Positions 31,317 to 43,451 of a DNA stretch of 64,000 nt are shown here, one piece after another. Under the pieces are notes generated by a model that ran no database searches, had not been told where the DNA came from, and saw only the letters and a list, made by a program, of their open reading frames with translations. The position numbers and the translations under genes are program-made. The stretch covers positions 1,371,327 to 1,435,326 of the forward strand of contig CAVNZM010000001.1 of the NCBI GenBank assembly GCA_963693365.1, given 5' to 3'. The number at the start of each line of letters is the position of its first letter. Position 1 is the stretch's first letter. Source of the stretch: Amoebidium appalachense. Taxonomy: Eukaryota; Protista; Ichthyosporea.

Positions 31317-33009
31317 GGCCCCCCCGCTGCCGGGATCTCCCCAAGGGTACACCACCCTTGCTAACCACCCCTTCCCCCGAGGCTCAGACCCGGAGGCCCG
31401 CCCGCTGCCCCAGCACCACATTGACACCTCCCGCCTCCGGGAACTGCTGGCCTCCTACCCGGACCAACCATTCGCCGCACAACTCCTCCACGATGTCGAA
31501 TTCGGCGTCGACATCGGCTATCGCGGCCCCTCCACCTCTCGGGTGGGCCCCAACCTACCCACCACCCCGGAGGCAGCTGCCGCTATCACGGTGGATATTG
31601 CCAAAGAAGTCGCCCTCGGCCACCTGCGCGGCCCCCTCTCCCCGGCCCAATTCTTTGACGAATTTCCCGTCCACCGTTCCTCCCCCATCGGCGCCGTTAC
31701 CAAGAAAGGGAACCCCCCCAAGTACCGTCGAATCCACCACCTCTCCTGGCCCCGGGGTAGCAGTGTCAATGACAGCATCACCTACCCCAACGAACTTCAG
31801 TACATTCGCGCCCGGGATGTCACCCAACTCATTCTCGACGCAGGCCCCGGCTGCTACATGGCCGTGGCAGATGTGCAGGCTGCCTTCCGGCACATGCCCA
31901 TCCGACCGGAAGACCACCACTTAATGGCATTCAAATGGCAAGGGCATTTTTACGTTGAAACCAGACTGCCCTTCGGCCTGAAATCTAGCCCAGCCATCTG
32001 GGAACGGATCGCGGCCACCCTACAGTGGCTGGCACACCAGCACGGTATTACCCTCATCCGCCACTACGTAGACGACTGGATTATAGTCGCCCCCACACAA
32101 GAGCAGTGCCAACGTCACCTATCCACCTTCCTGCAACTCTGCCGAGAGCTGCACATTGCCATCTCCGAAGACAAGATGCAGGGCCCGGCTACCCGTGTCG
32201 TCTTCATCGGTAGCGAAATCGACTCCATCACCATGGAGGCACGAATCCCGGCTTCCAAGCTCTCGGACCTACTCGACCTCACTTCCCACCCAAAGCCCAC
32301 CATCACCATTCGGGACCTCCAGTCCCTCCTCGGCAAACTCACCTGGTGTGCCCAGCTGGTTCCCCCCGGGAGGGCCTTCTCCCAGCGCCTATGGGCCCTT
32401 CTCCGGACCCACCCACACCTTGCCGGCCACCACCACATACGACTGACTGCTGCCGCCCGGGCCGACATAGCCGAATGGCACCAGTTCCTCACATCATGGA
32501 ATGGGGTGCACCTCATCACACCCCCCACATACACCACCCTGGCCACCGATGCTGCCGGATCGGTGGGTCTAGGAGGCCACTGGCTCGACCAATGGTTCTT
32601 CATGCCCTGGTCCCCCTCCACCCAAGCCCTCTATGCTCATGAGGGTAAACTCGGTTCTTCCGTCATCGAACTCCTGGCCATCGCAGCCGCCGTGGCCCTC
32701 TGGGCCCCCTCCTGGTCCACCCACCATGTCCGTATTTTATGCGACAACACGGGTGCTGTGTCTGACCTGCACTCCCGGTCTTCCCCCCACCCCGTGATGG
32801 CCAAACTTATTCGGTTCATCACCCGCATGGAAATGCAATACCAATTTACGTTACAGGCATCCTACCTACCAGGACCCCTCAACCATCTGGCCGATGCCAT
32901 TTCTTGTAACCAACTTCCCCGGGCCCGACGACTCCGACCTTCCCTGCAACCGGAGCCCTGCCCCTTCCCCTCCTGGGTCCACGAGTTCCTATCCCTTCCC
33001 TTGGGCTAA
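31187..33009 (+). CDS. RT-RNase H (ORF2); core 31543-33009 intact, N-terminus frameshifted
   Basis: YVDD and RNase H motifs, near-identical to copy 2. Confidence 0.9.
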
Positions 33010-33033
33010 CCCCCCCCCCCCCCCCCCCCCCAG

Positions 33034-34094
33034 ATCTCCCGTTCCGGAGCAACACTGGCAGATTGGCCCCCCACTTTGCTCCGGCCGAGCTGCTTCGAGC
33101 CACCACTACCCTGCAGGAATGCCAGGCCCTGAGTCTCAACCTCGACTCTCGGGCCTTTTACTCCCGGGTGCAAAAAGTGTTCATCGATTTCTGTGTGGCA
33201 TCTCGGCTGCAATCCTCCTCCGGGTCCTCCCTCCCGGCCTCCCCACACACCGTGCAACTTTTTCTCGCCTGGTGTGCCCAACGAGGGGTACAGGCCTCTT
33301 CCTTAACCGGCTACAATTCGGCCATCACCAGGCTCCACCTCGACATGGGCCTCCCTGCTCCCTACCCCCACGACAAGTCTCTGGCCTGGTTCCTACGGGG
33401 GGTAGGCCGATGGCAGCTTTCTCACAACATCCGACCCCGCTCATCCACCAGGGAACCCCTCCTCCCCTCCCACCTCCGCCTACTCCATGGCCAGTGCCCC
33501 ACCAAGGCCTCCTCGGCCAATCTCCGGCTATGGACGGCCCTCATCGTCGGTTTCTGTGGTCTCCTCCGTTCAGGGGAATTTACCTCCAAGACCCTGACTT
33601 CTTTCGACCCGTCCCGTCACGTTAAACGGAAGGACGTGACCTTCAGCTACACCCCCACCGGTACTTTGTCCCATGCCACCCTCCACCTGCCAACCTCTAA
33701 GACGGATGTACAGGCCCGAGGTGTCAACGTCACCCTAGCTGCCCTGCCCCTCACCCACTTCTCCCCAGCCCATCTCCTCCGGCAGTTCCTGGATACAACG
33801 TCCGGTCCACCCGACGACCCGCTCTTCAGTCTCGGTGGCATCCCCTACACCAAGAGTGCTTTCTCTGCCGATTTCCGTGCCCTCCTCTCCCGGGCAGGCC
33901 TCTCACCCTCCCGGTTTGCCGGACACAGCCTCCGCATCGGGGGGGCCGCAGCACTGGCTGAGGCCGGGGTCGACGACTCCCGGATCAAACAACTCGGCCG
34001 GTGGTCCTCCGACTGCTTCCAGATCTATACCCGACTTCGTCCGGCCTCCATTGCTGCCACCACCACACGTGTATTCGCCTCTATTCTTAAGTGA
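33034..34094 (+). CDS. Tyrosine recombinase (ORF3), no in-frame ATG at the 5' end
   Basis: YR catalytic motifs; begins just after CTAAC-poly(C)-CAG. Confidence 0.88.
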
Positions 34095-34751
34095 AACCTT
34101 TGGAGCAAGCATACTGCTCTCGTGCCGTGGTTTACAACCATTGCAGGTTCACTTTCGTCCAAGGGGATGTCCCCCTAGAGGCAACACACGTCCCGGAGTA
34201 GTTTTCATAGAGGTTTTATTTGTGGAAATTATTGACATAAATATTTTTCTGGGTAAACACGTAGGATGGGTGTTCGATACCAACATAACCATGTAGGCTT
34301 CATTTCGTGTTTTAGCAGTTAGCGGTTGGCTGCCCGCACACGGGCACCTATTAGCCAGTCAAAACATCAGATACCACAGATCACTAGACCGAGTTATGAT
34401 TGGCTCGGATCAGATTTCACATATCACTAGATCGATTTTTGATTGGCTCAGATCGGTAGGCTTAGGTATATAAGCACGACAGTTTTTAGCAGATCAGCAA
34501 GCTACAAACACATCTTCTGTGTTTAGCATCCACAGCCTTACAGCTATATATTCCTTTTCACCCACCCACCTACACCCACACACAACCCCCATTGATCCAC
34601 ACATACGTGCTGTTTTTTCACGGGGCGAAGACTTCCCCCGTTTTTTGGGCACATGGACCTCACGGATCAATAAATTGATGACTGGGGGGGGGGGTTAAGG
34701 AAGGGGATGTCCCCCTAGAGGCAACACACGTCCCGGAGTAGTTTTCATAGA

Positions 34752-37700
34752 TCTCACTGTGTCTGTGGTGTTTTTACACTGCACCACTGTGTCTCTGCTT
34801 CCCCGACATAGTCAGAATACTTATAAAAATTTTCAGGTTATGCTGCCCTTTTTGCACGCTCTCAATACACACATCACCACCACGATCGCCCACCAGCGCG
34901 CTAGTCCACCATGGATCCCAACAAGTCCGGCGTAAACAAAATCACCATGTGGAAGGGTGAAGGCAAGACCGGCCCTGACCACAAGACCACCTACTTCCAA
35001 TGGGAAATGATTTTCCTCGGCATGATGACCGGCACCAAAGGTGCCCTACTTGTGGACGTTGTTCTGGCTGACAACTACGTTCCACCCAACACCGCCGCCA
35101 TTGATGGTGTGCTTCCCTTCTACGGTTACGCTACTGCGGCTGAACTCAAGGACGCCCGCAACTGCTTACTTCTTGACCCAGAACATCAACCCGTCTGTCC
35201 TCACCACCGTCGCCCAGTACCGTATCGGCATGGACCCTGAACGGGCCATGTGGAAGTTCCGACAACACTACCTCCAAGGCAAACCCGACCAGGTCCGTCT
35301 CCTCCGTCGCGAGTGGGGTGCCTGCTCCCTCAAGTCCAGTGAGACATTCACTGACTACCTCCAGCGTCTCCAAACCATCGTCACCCAGCTTCTGTCCCTG
35401 CAAGATGACTCAGTCACATTCACCCATCTGGCAGAGAAGTTCTTTAATGAACTTACCACCCGTGACGATCTCACCAGTGAATTCAGCCGTCTACTCGAAG
35501 ACTTCCACTTCGGACTCATAAGCTCTTCTCCGACTTTGAGACTCTGCACAACCACGTGAAAGGCATTGAGCTACGCCAACAACTCAAGACTAAACTCCGT
35601 ACCAGCCGTGACCCCCGCAGCTCCACCACCAGCATGGCTTTGACTGCCCGTGCTCCCCCCCGAGATCTTCCTCGCCGTGACTTACGCCACCGCATCAACA
35701 AACCACCCAGTGCTGATCTCCGTACTCATTTCTCCCGTGACGGTCAGCACACCCGTTCCCGTTCACCCCACCGGCCTACCTTCCGGTCCACGTCCCGTTC
35801 CCCGAGCCGTTCCCGTTTCCCTGACCCCCGCCGTTCCGTTCACCCGGCTCGTTCCAACACCCCGGCCAACTCCTGCTTGTACTGCCGTGAACCTGGCCAC
35901 CAGATTACCGACTGCCCTGAACCTGGCTGCCGTGTTGCCAGAAACGCCCGCAACACCAACAAGTCCGTCTCCTTTGCCTTCTCAGCTTACAATGTCAGCT
36001 CAGTCCCCGTGTCGTCCGACCCAGCCTGGGATTCCGGTTGCAACATGACTGTTTGCCCCCACCGTGAGTTCTTCCAGGACCTCACCCCCCTCCCAGCCCC
36101 TACCCCAGTTGCTGCCTTCAACGGTATCCCCGTCTTGGCTACCCACCAGGGCCATATCACCCTCAACACCATAACCATCCACGGCACCAACACCCTCACC
36201 ATTGAGGCCTACTACACACCGTCCGGTCAGGCCTTCCTCATCTCCACATCTCAGGCTGCTGCTGAATACATCAAGGGTGACTTCAACGATGCCTCCACCC
36301 CGTCGTTCTTATTTGACCGACACACCGGCCGTCACCTCGTCAACCTCCGTCTGTACAACGGTCTGTACTACTTCACAGACTACACCATTAAACCCCCAGC
36401 CAGTCCAGTAGCTCTGGCTGCCACCACCAGTGTTCATCCCTCCATCTGGCATTATCGTCTCGGACACCGTGCCATGACCGGCATCAAGGAGATGATCACC
36501 AAGGACCTCCTCATTGGCCTCCCCGACTCCGTACTTGACTGTGCCGTCCCTGATTGCCATGGCTGCATGATGGGCAAAACTACTAAGGCTCCATTCAAGG
36601 GTGACCGTCCTCACTCTGCTGTCCCCGGCTATGAGTGGCACTGGGACTTCTTTGAGCCTTCCACCACTGCACGTCGTACAGAGGTTCCAAGGTTGCTCTC
36701 GTTACCGTGTGCCGTGCCTCTGGTCTCGTGAAGATCTACCCCATGGCTGACCGTTCATCTACCCTGGATGTCATCAAGTCCCACACCCACCTTGTGTCCA
36801 ATCATGCCTCTTCCACCGTGGGTGTCTACCATTTTGACTCCGGTTCCGAGTTCACCTCTCAGGCTACCCGGGTTTTCTGCTCCTCCCAGGGCATCAAGGC
36901 CAGCTATGCTCCAGTGGACTGTCCCCAGCTCAATGGTTACGTCGAACGTCGTATGCGCTCCCTTCAAGAGATAGTCCGTTGCCTGCTGCACCAAGTACCC
37001 GACCAGTCTCTGTCCCCCAAACTGTGGGCTGAGGCTCTGCAACATGCTGCCTACATCGTCAATGTCACCCCGTCCTCGGCTGCCAATGGTCGTACTCCGT
37101 TCGAAGTATTTTACGGTGTCAAGCCCGACATCTCCGAGCTCAAGGTGTTCGGCTGCCCAGCCTAAACTCATTTCCCGGCTGCCAAACGTAACAAGCTGCA
37201 ACCAACCGTCAAGCTCGGCATGTACATCGGCTATGATCTACAATCACATTGCCACCGGATCTTCAACTTCACCACTCACCGTGTGGGTCTTTTCCGTGAC
37301 GTGATTTTCGACGAATCAAATTACGTTCCCCCCTGGTAACCCCCGGGCCATCTGCCCCCGTTAACTCCGAGGTTCCCCCCTCCACCCTCGAGCCCGATGA
37401 TGACGTTTCCCTCATCGAGCCTGATCCCGTTCCTGTTGCCCTTGCCCCACCGACACCCCCCCCCCACCGGCCCCCCTGCGCCCGTTCAGTTTCTCCCCGA
37501 TGCCAACAACCATGCTCCCGGCAACGTCACCCCCATCCGTCTGGGCTCCCCCGACACTTTCCACTCAGCCCCAGCCAGCCCCGAGGCCCCAGCCCCGGCC
37601 GTCCCTGGTTTCCACGTTCCCCCCCTCCGGCTCCGGCACTAACCGTGCCTCCCCCCCGTCGTTCAGCTCGACTGCAAGACAAGCTCGGCCTCCAGGCTTC

Positions 37701-40157
37701 CATCCTCCTGCCCGTCCCCCACCCTCCCACTATCAACATTGACCAGCTGCCTAAACCCCTCCGTCAACTGTGCTCCGGCCCCAACGGAGACAAGGCGCAG
37801 GCTGCTATGACTACTGAGTACCAAGCCTTCGTCGACAAAGGCATTTTTGACCTTGTCGACCCCCCCCCCCCCCCGGTGCCAACATCGTCGGTTTCAAGTG
37901 GATCGTCTCCGAGAAAACCCTCAACTCAGCTGGTGACACCAAGATCAAGGCCCGTGGTGTTGCTCAAGGCTTCAGTCAGGAGTTCGGTGTTGACTATGAG
38001 TTGACTGAGAGCCCCGTCATCCGTCCAGCTGCTCTCCGTGCCCTCCTGGCACTTGCCGTCGTTCAAGGCCATGACATTCATCAACTCGACGTGTCCATGG
38101 CCTTCCTTAACAGCCCACTCACCGAGACCATCTACATGAAACAGCCCCCCGGGTTCATCACCACGGCTACCTTCGGCAAGGTGTGGTGCCTCAAGAAAGC
38201 TCTCTACGGTCTGAAGCAAGCCTCCAAGGCCTTGTATGACTTCCTCGACGGCATTCTCTTGGCCCACGGTCTCCTCAAAACCAAGACTGACCCGTGCATC
38301 TACCTCCGGTTCTTCCCCAACCAGGATGTTGTCCGTGCTGGCAACTATGTGGATGACTCCACCATCACCAACACCCGTGGTTCTGATGCTGCCCGTGACC
38401 TGGCTGCTCACATCGGCAAGATGGCCAGCTGTCGTATGAGCCCGTTCAATCGTGTGCTCGGTGTTGATTTTCACCATTCCGGCCCCCACCACCTTCACAT
38501 GCACCAGAAGTCCTACATCATGGACATCATTCATGACTTCAATCTCACCGATGCCAAGTCTAAGGCTACCCCGATCCCTGCCGGCACCAAAGTATCTCTG
38601 GCTGACTGCCCCCCTCAACCGTTCATCGTCCCCTACCGTGAGCTCCTCGGCCGTCTTCTGTGGGTTGCACGGTGCACCCGGCCCGACATTGCCTATGCCA
38701 TCGGTTTCCTCGGCCGATTTAGCAGTAACCCTGGCAAAGCTCATTGGGACCTCCTCCGTCGTGTGGCCCGGTACCTTCTCGGCACCATCGATCTAGGTGT
38801 TGAGTACAAGTACACGGCCACCCAGGACCCCATCCTTGTGTGCTACACCGATGCTGACTTTGCTGGTTGTATCGACAGCAAGAAGTCTACCACAGGCTTT
38901 GTCGTCACCTTTGCTGATATGCCTATCGTCTGGTACTCCAAACTTCAACCCATCACGGCCACCAGCACCACAGAGGCTGAGTTGATAGCTCTCAATGCCG
39001 GCACCCAGGAGGTTGTGTGGCTCCGTGACCTCTTCAAGGAGCTCGGTTATCCGATGGCTGCCCCCACCCCGGTACCGGTGTACTGTGACAACCAATCCAC
39101 CATTGCCATCGTCCACTCTACCGGTATCAAACACCGTATGAAACACATTGCAGTCCGTTACCACAACACCAAGGATTACATTGCCAGTGGGGACGTGGTG
39201 GTTAACTACGTCGAGTCTGCCAACAACTTTGCTGACATCCTTACCAAGTCACTGCCGGGTCCCAGCCATGTCACTCACCGTGATCGACTCTGTGTGCCCG
39301 ACCTTGTGCAGTGATCATCGTGTGGTCTTCTACTACACCTGGGGCCCTGGTTCGTGTCTGTAATCGTGTCATATTGGCTCTAATCGTGTGTTGATCTAAA
39401 GATTAGAATATAGATATGTGCCTGCACGAATCCACTCAGTAGGAGTGCTCGTGCACATGTTTGTGTGTACATGAATATCTTATGTTGTAACTGTGCTATC
39501 GTGTTCATGTTTGTTGTTCTGTGTTCCTCTCTTTTTCTCTCTTCTCTTCTTCTCTTTTCTTTCCTCCTTTTCCCTGGTGTTCATGTGTGTGATCACTGTT
39601 CTTTCTCACTAATATACGTTGAGTCAATTCGTGTGAAGTAGATGTGTTTTGATTGAAAGAAAAACACATAGGCTACACCATGTACTATTTTATGTGTCAA
39701 TAGTTTATTCAACTATGTTTGTTTTGCGAATTGCCGCGGTCTAACCAATCACTAGACTAGTCATAACGTGTCCCTGCCGTTAACCTCAATAATAGGTTAG
39801 AAATTAGTGTCAAGGTTTACAGTTTCTTCGTGACTGTGTTCTTATGCCTTGCCGTGATCTATTGCGAGTGTTGGATCTATTGCTGTAGTGATCAGTCCAT
39901 TATGATTGGTCTATCCGATATCTATTCTGATTTCTGACTGGTCGGAAATCACACATAGGTTTGACTTAGTGATTGCAGTTATATAAGCACATCTCAAAAT
40001 CAATTCAGTTCAGTTGTGTCTAAACATTGATGTCTGTTCTGTACACTTCTCCGATCGGTTCCGTCTGTGTGTGTGTCTGTGTGTCTGTGGTGTTTTTACA
40101 CTGCACCACTGTGTCTCTGCTTCCCCGACATAGTCAGAATACTTATAATTTTTTTCA
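34752..40157 (+). mobile_element. Ty1/copia LTR retrotransposon A (5' LTR remnant 34752-34835; 3' LTR ~39355-40157 lacking its start and PPT)
   Basis: Domain order gag-PR-IN-RT-RH; LTR U5 sequence repeated at both ends; PBS GGTTATG at 34836. Confidence 0.92.
34911..39314 (+). pseudogene. copia gag-pol with several frameshifts and stops
   Basis: CLYCREPGHQITDC knuckle; WDSGC protease; WHYRLGH..CHGC; DSGSEF/NGYVERR integrase; QLDVSMAFLN, LYGLKQA, YVDD RT; YTDADFAG, CDNQS, ADILTK RNase H. Confidence 0.92.
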
Positions 40158-41084
40158 ATGTTTAGACACGACTGAACTCAATTTATTTCGATCTCGCATA
40201 AATACCTGAAATTCCCTTTAGTCAAATCCATACATAATTTCCGACCAGTCGGAAATCAGATCTATGTCTGAAATAACCAATCACAATTAACTGTTTTTTT
40301 CCCGGATAGATCCGGAGACACAGGAACGCACACCATAGGTCACAGATATAAGAAAGTAATGAGGTGAAAAGTAATGAGGAAAGAGGTGATGTTTCTAACC
40401 TATCACCGGCTACAAAGATTCGGACATTTTCTGACTAAGTCTACTGATTGGATACAGTACGGCAACACACAAAACAAAAGTGGTTGACTAAGCTATGAAT
40501 CATACATGACAAGCTAAAGTGTAACCTAAATGTTTTTCTACCAATCAAAACATAACGAGTAATATAAATCTACTCAACGTATATTAGTGAGAAAGAAATA
40601 TAATTATGTGAAAGGAAACAAGAGAAGAAAGAAAGAGAAAAGAAAGAAGAAGAAAGAGGAAAAAGAAAAGAGAGCAGGACAGAAAACACGAACATGAAAA
40701 CACAGTTGTAACCGAAGATATTCATGTACACATAAATATGTACACGTTTCTCCCTCACTCGGTAGACTCGTGGACCTATAATCAGTTGCTGTAATCGTTA
40801 TCTAAGCGCACGAATATAGCCGAAACAACATGATTACAAGTACTCAAACACACTGGAGATCGATGTCATAATTTACGTACAAGGAGCACATCTCTTTCAC
40901 TAAGTAGATGAATGAAAACATAACACGAACTGAGAAGATCTTACAATATGTAAATACTACGTATTACAACATCCCCACTTAAGACTTTGAAGTTTGTGTT
41001 ATCATATCCCCACTGAACTAGTGAAATCTCCCCACTTGAGAACAGAAACGGAAAAGAAAAAAAAAGTAAAGTGTGTACTTTTCC

Positions 41085-41238
41085 CGGGGGGGGGGGGGTG
41101 GAGGGGGGGGGGGGGGAAAGGGGGGGGGGGGGGGGGAAGGGGGGGGGGGGGGGAAGGGGGGGGGGGAAAGGGGGGGGGGAAGGGGGGGGGGGAAAGGGGG
41201 GGGGGGGAGGGGGGGGGGGGGGGGGGGGGGGGGGGCGG
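41085..41238 (+). repeat. G-run array in the copia 3' UTR (G-quadruplex-prone)
   Basis: Multiple long G runs separated by 1-3 A residues. Confidence 0.8.
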
Positions 41239-42029
41239 GATAAAAAAAAACGAAGATGTATAACGTTTATAGTCGGGGTGTGACTAACTGGGTTTGAAAC
41301 CAGTGAAAGATAGAGTAGAATCGCGGGTACAGGTCAAACCATATATAAAAACCCTAAGTGGGCATACCCACAAAGGCAATATACATATGAAATAATGATG
41401 GTGCAGTAAATTAAGTAGTAATCATTCCAGCCGGGAGGCAGTGTTGATGCATCTGCTGCCCAGGGCCCCAGCCGTAGTAGAAAACCACACGTGAAGTAAA
41501 ACGGTTCAATCGACAATGTCCGGCACACAAAGTCGGGCACGATGGGTGACGTGACTCGGGCCAGGGAGGGGCTTGGTGAGGATGTCGGCCAAGTTGTGAG
41601 CTGACTCGACGTAGTGGACAACAACATCCCCATTGGCAATGTAGTCTTTGGTGTTATGGTACCGGACGGCAATGTGTTTGGTACGGTGCTTGATGCCGGT
41701 GGAGTTGACGATGGCAATGGTTGACTGGTTGTCACAATACACCGGAGTCGGGGCAAGCATGGGGCAGCCGAGTTCCTTGAAGAGGTCACGGACCCAAGCA
41801 ACTTCCTGGGTGCCAGCATTGAGAGCAATCAGCTCAGCTTCGGTGGTGCTGGTGGCCGTGATGGGCTGGAGCTTGGAGTACCAGATGATGGGCATACCAG
41901 CAAACTCGTGATGTAACCGGTGGTAGACTTCTTGCTGTCAGCACAACCAGCAAAGTCAGCATCCGTGTAGCACTCGAGTATGGGGGGCTTGGTGGCCGAG
42001 TACTTGTAGTCGATGCCAAGGTCAATGGT

Positions 42030-43387
42030 TGTCATCTTCCCATGATTAACGGCAAGATTTAGAAGTTGAGTTTTATATATGTTTATTAGTTTGTTGAAGT
42101 TCGTTTCCTTTTCCCTTTTTCCTTCCTTTCTTTTTTTTCCTTTCCGTTCCCGTGTGCACAGATATCTTAGATCTGTGTACACATCGAGCTATCTATGAAA
42201 ACTACTCCGGAACGTGTGTTGCCTCTAGGGGGACATCTCCTTGGACGAAAGTGAACCTGCAATGGTTGTAAACCACGGCAGGCCCCCAGTCATCAATTTA
42301 TTGATCCGTTAGGTCCTTGTGCCCAAAAAACGGGGGAAGTCTTCGCCCCGTGAAAAAACAGCACGTATGTGGGGATCAATGGGGGGTTGAGTGTAGGGTG
42401 TAGGTGGGTGGGTGAAAAAGAAAATATAGCTGTAAAGCTGTAGGTGCTAAACACAGAAGATGTGTTGTTGCTTGCTGATCTGCTAAAAACTGTCGTGCTT
42501 ATATACCTAAGGCTACCGAACTGAGCCAATCAAAACCGATCTAGTGTTATGTGAAATCTTATCCTGGGCCAATCAAACTCGGTCTAGTGATCTGTGGAAT
42601 CTGATGTTTTGATCGGCTAATAGGTGCCCGTATGCGGGCAGCCGAACGCGAACTGCTAAAACATGAAACGAAGCCTGTTGATATCGGACACCCATCCTAC
42701 GTGTTTACCCAGAAAAATATTTATGTCAATAATTTACACAAATAAAACCTTTAGCCCGCGCACACGTATTGTTGTTTGCGTCAATGTCTAAATAAGTTGT
42801 CCAATCAGATCTCGTTAAATTTTCCCAAATATAGTAACCTACATTCCTTATTAATTCTATTCGATTCCTTTCCCATTCCATTCCTTTCTATCCTCATTCC
42901 TTTTCCTTCTTTTCCCACGACGTAGCATTGCTCTATGTTCCCCAACTATTAGGAATACTTATATTTAGACGTGTTATGTTAAGAACATGTATAAATATAT
43001 GATGTGAACTAATAGATACATAAGTGGTTTCATTTTGTTGAATGTTTCCGTGGTTTATTAGAAGATTTCTTTCATTAGAGGATTGCGTTAACTTTTATCT
43101 TCTATGTGTCGACAGGCATTTCGATCGATTTATTTTACCCTCATAGTTTTCGTCTTTCTGATTGGATAATAGAGTTTTCGTTCTTTTGATTGGCTTATCG
43201 ATTTCACATTCCTGAGTATAAAAGGAACTTCATATTGAAATAAATATCAAGCAGTTGAATTCATTTCCTATGGTTCCAGTAATTGTTCCACCTCTCCGGT
43301 TGTGTTTCTCCCTTGTGTCTATGTGTTGTGTATAACATAACACCCATCTGTGCTCTCTGCTTCTCCGTTTACCCACACAAAACAACA
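42030..43387 (+). mobile_element. Solo LTR (TGTCATC...ACAACA) with TSD ATGGT
   Basis: ATGGT at 42025-42029 and 43388-43392; splits copia B at YLLGT|IDLG. Confidence 0.92.
42192..42749 (-). mobile_element. Solo A-spacer-B unit of the YR retrotransposon
   Basis: Both element termini present, no ORFs. Removal restores the host LTR (compare 58655-58675). No TSD. Confidence 0.92.
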
Positions 43388-43451
43388 ATGGTGCCGAGGA
43401 GGTACCGGGCCACAAGACGGAGAAGGTCCCAGTGAGTCTTGCCGGGGTTGG

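Larger units (their letters stand above)
29343..34751 (+). mobile_element. YR retrotransposon copy 3, full length
   Basis: A1 29343-29678; B1 ~34123-34211; A2 ~34212-34560; spacer; partial B2 ending 34751. A1 and A2 share copy-specific variants. Confidence 0.95.
40158..43451 (-). mobile_element. copia B 3' portion: RT/RH junction fragment (43388-43451), RNase H (41506-42029), 3' UTR, PPT AAGTGGGGA (40972-40980), 3' LTR (40158-40971)
   Basis: RNase H highly similar to copia A; LTR begins TGTTGTAAT directly after the PPT. Confidence 0.88.

Noticed and set aside
25580-39164. Numerous antisense and alternate-frame ORFs over TE genes
   Set aside because: Expected shadow ORFs in GC-rich coding DNA; no recognisable motifs.
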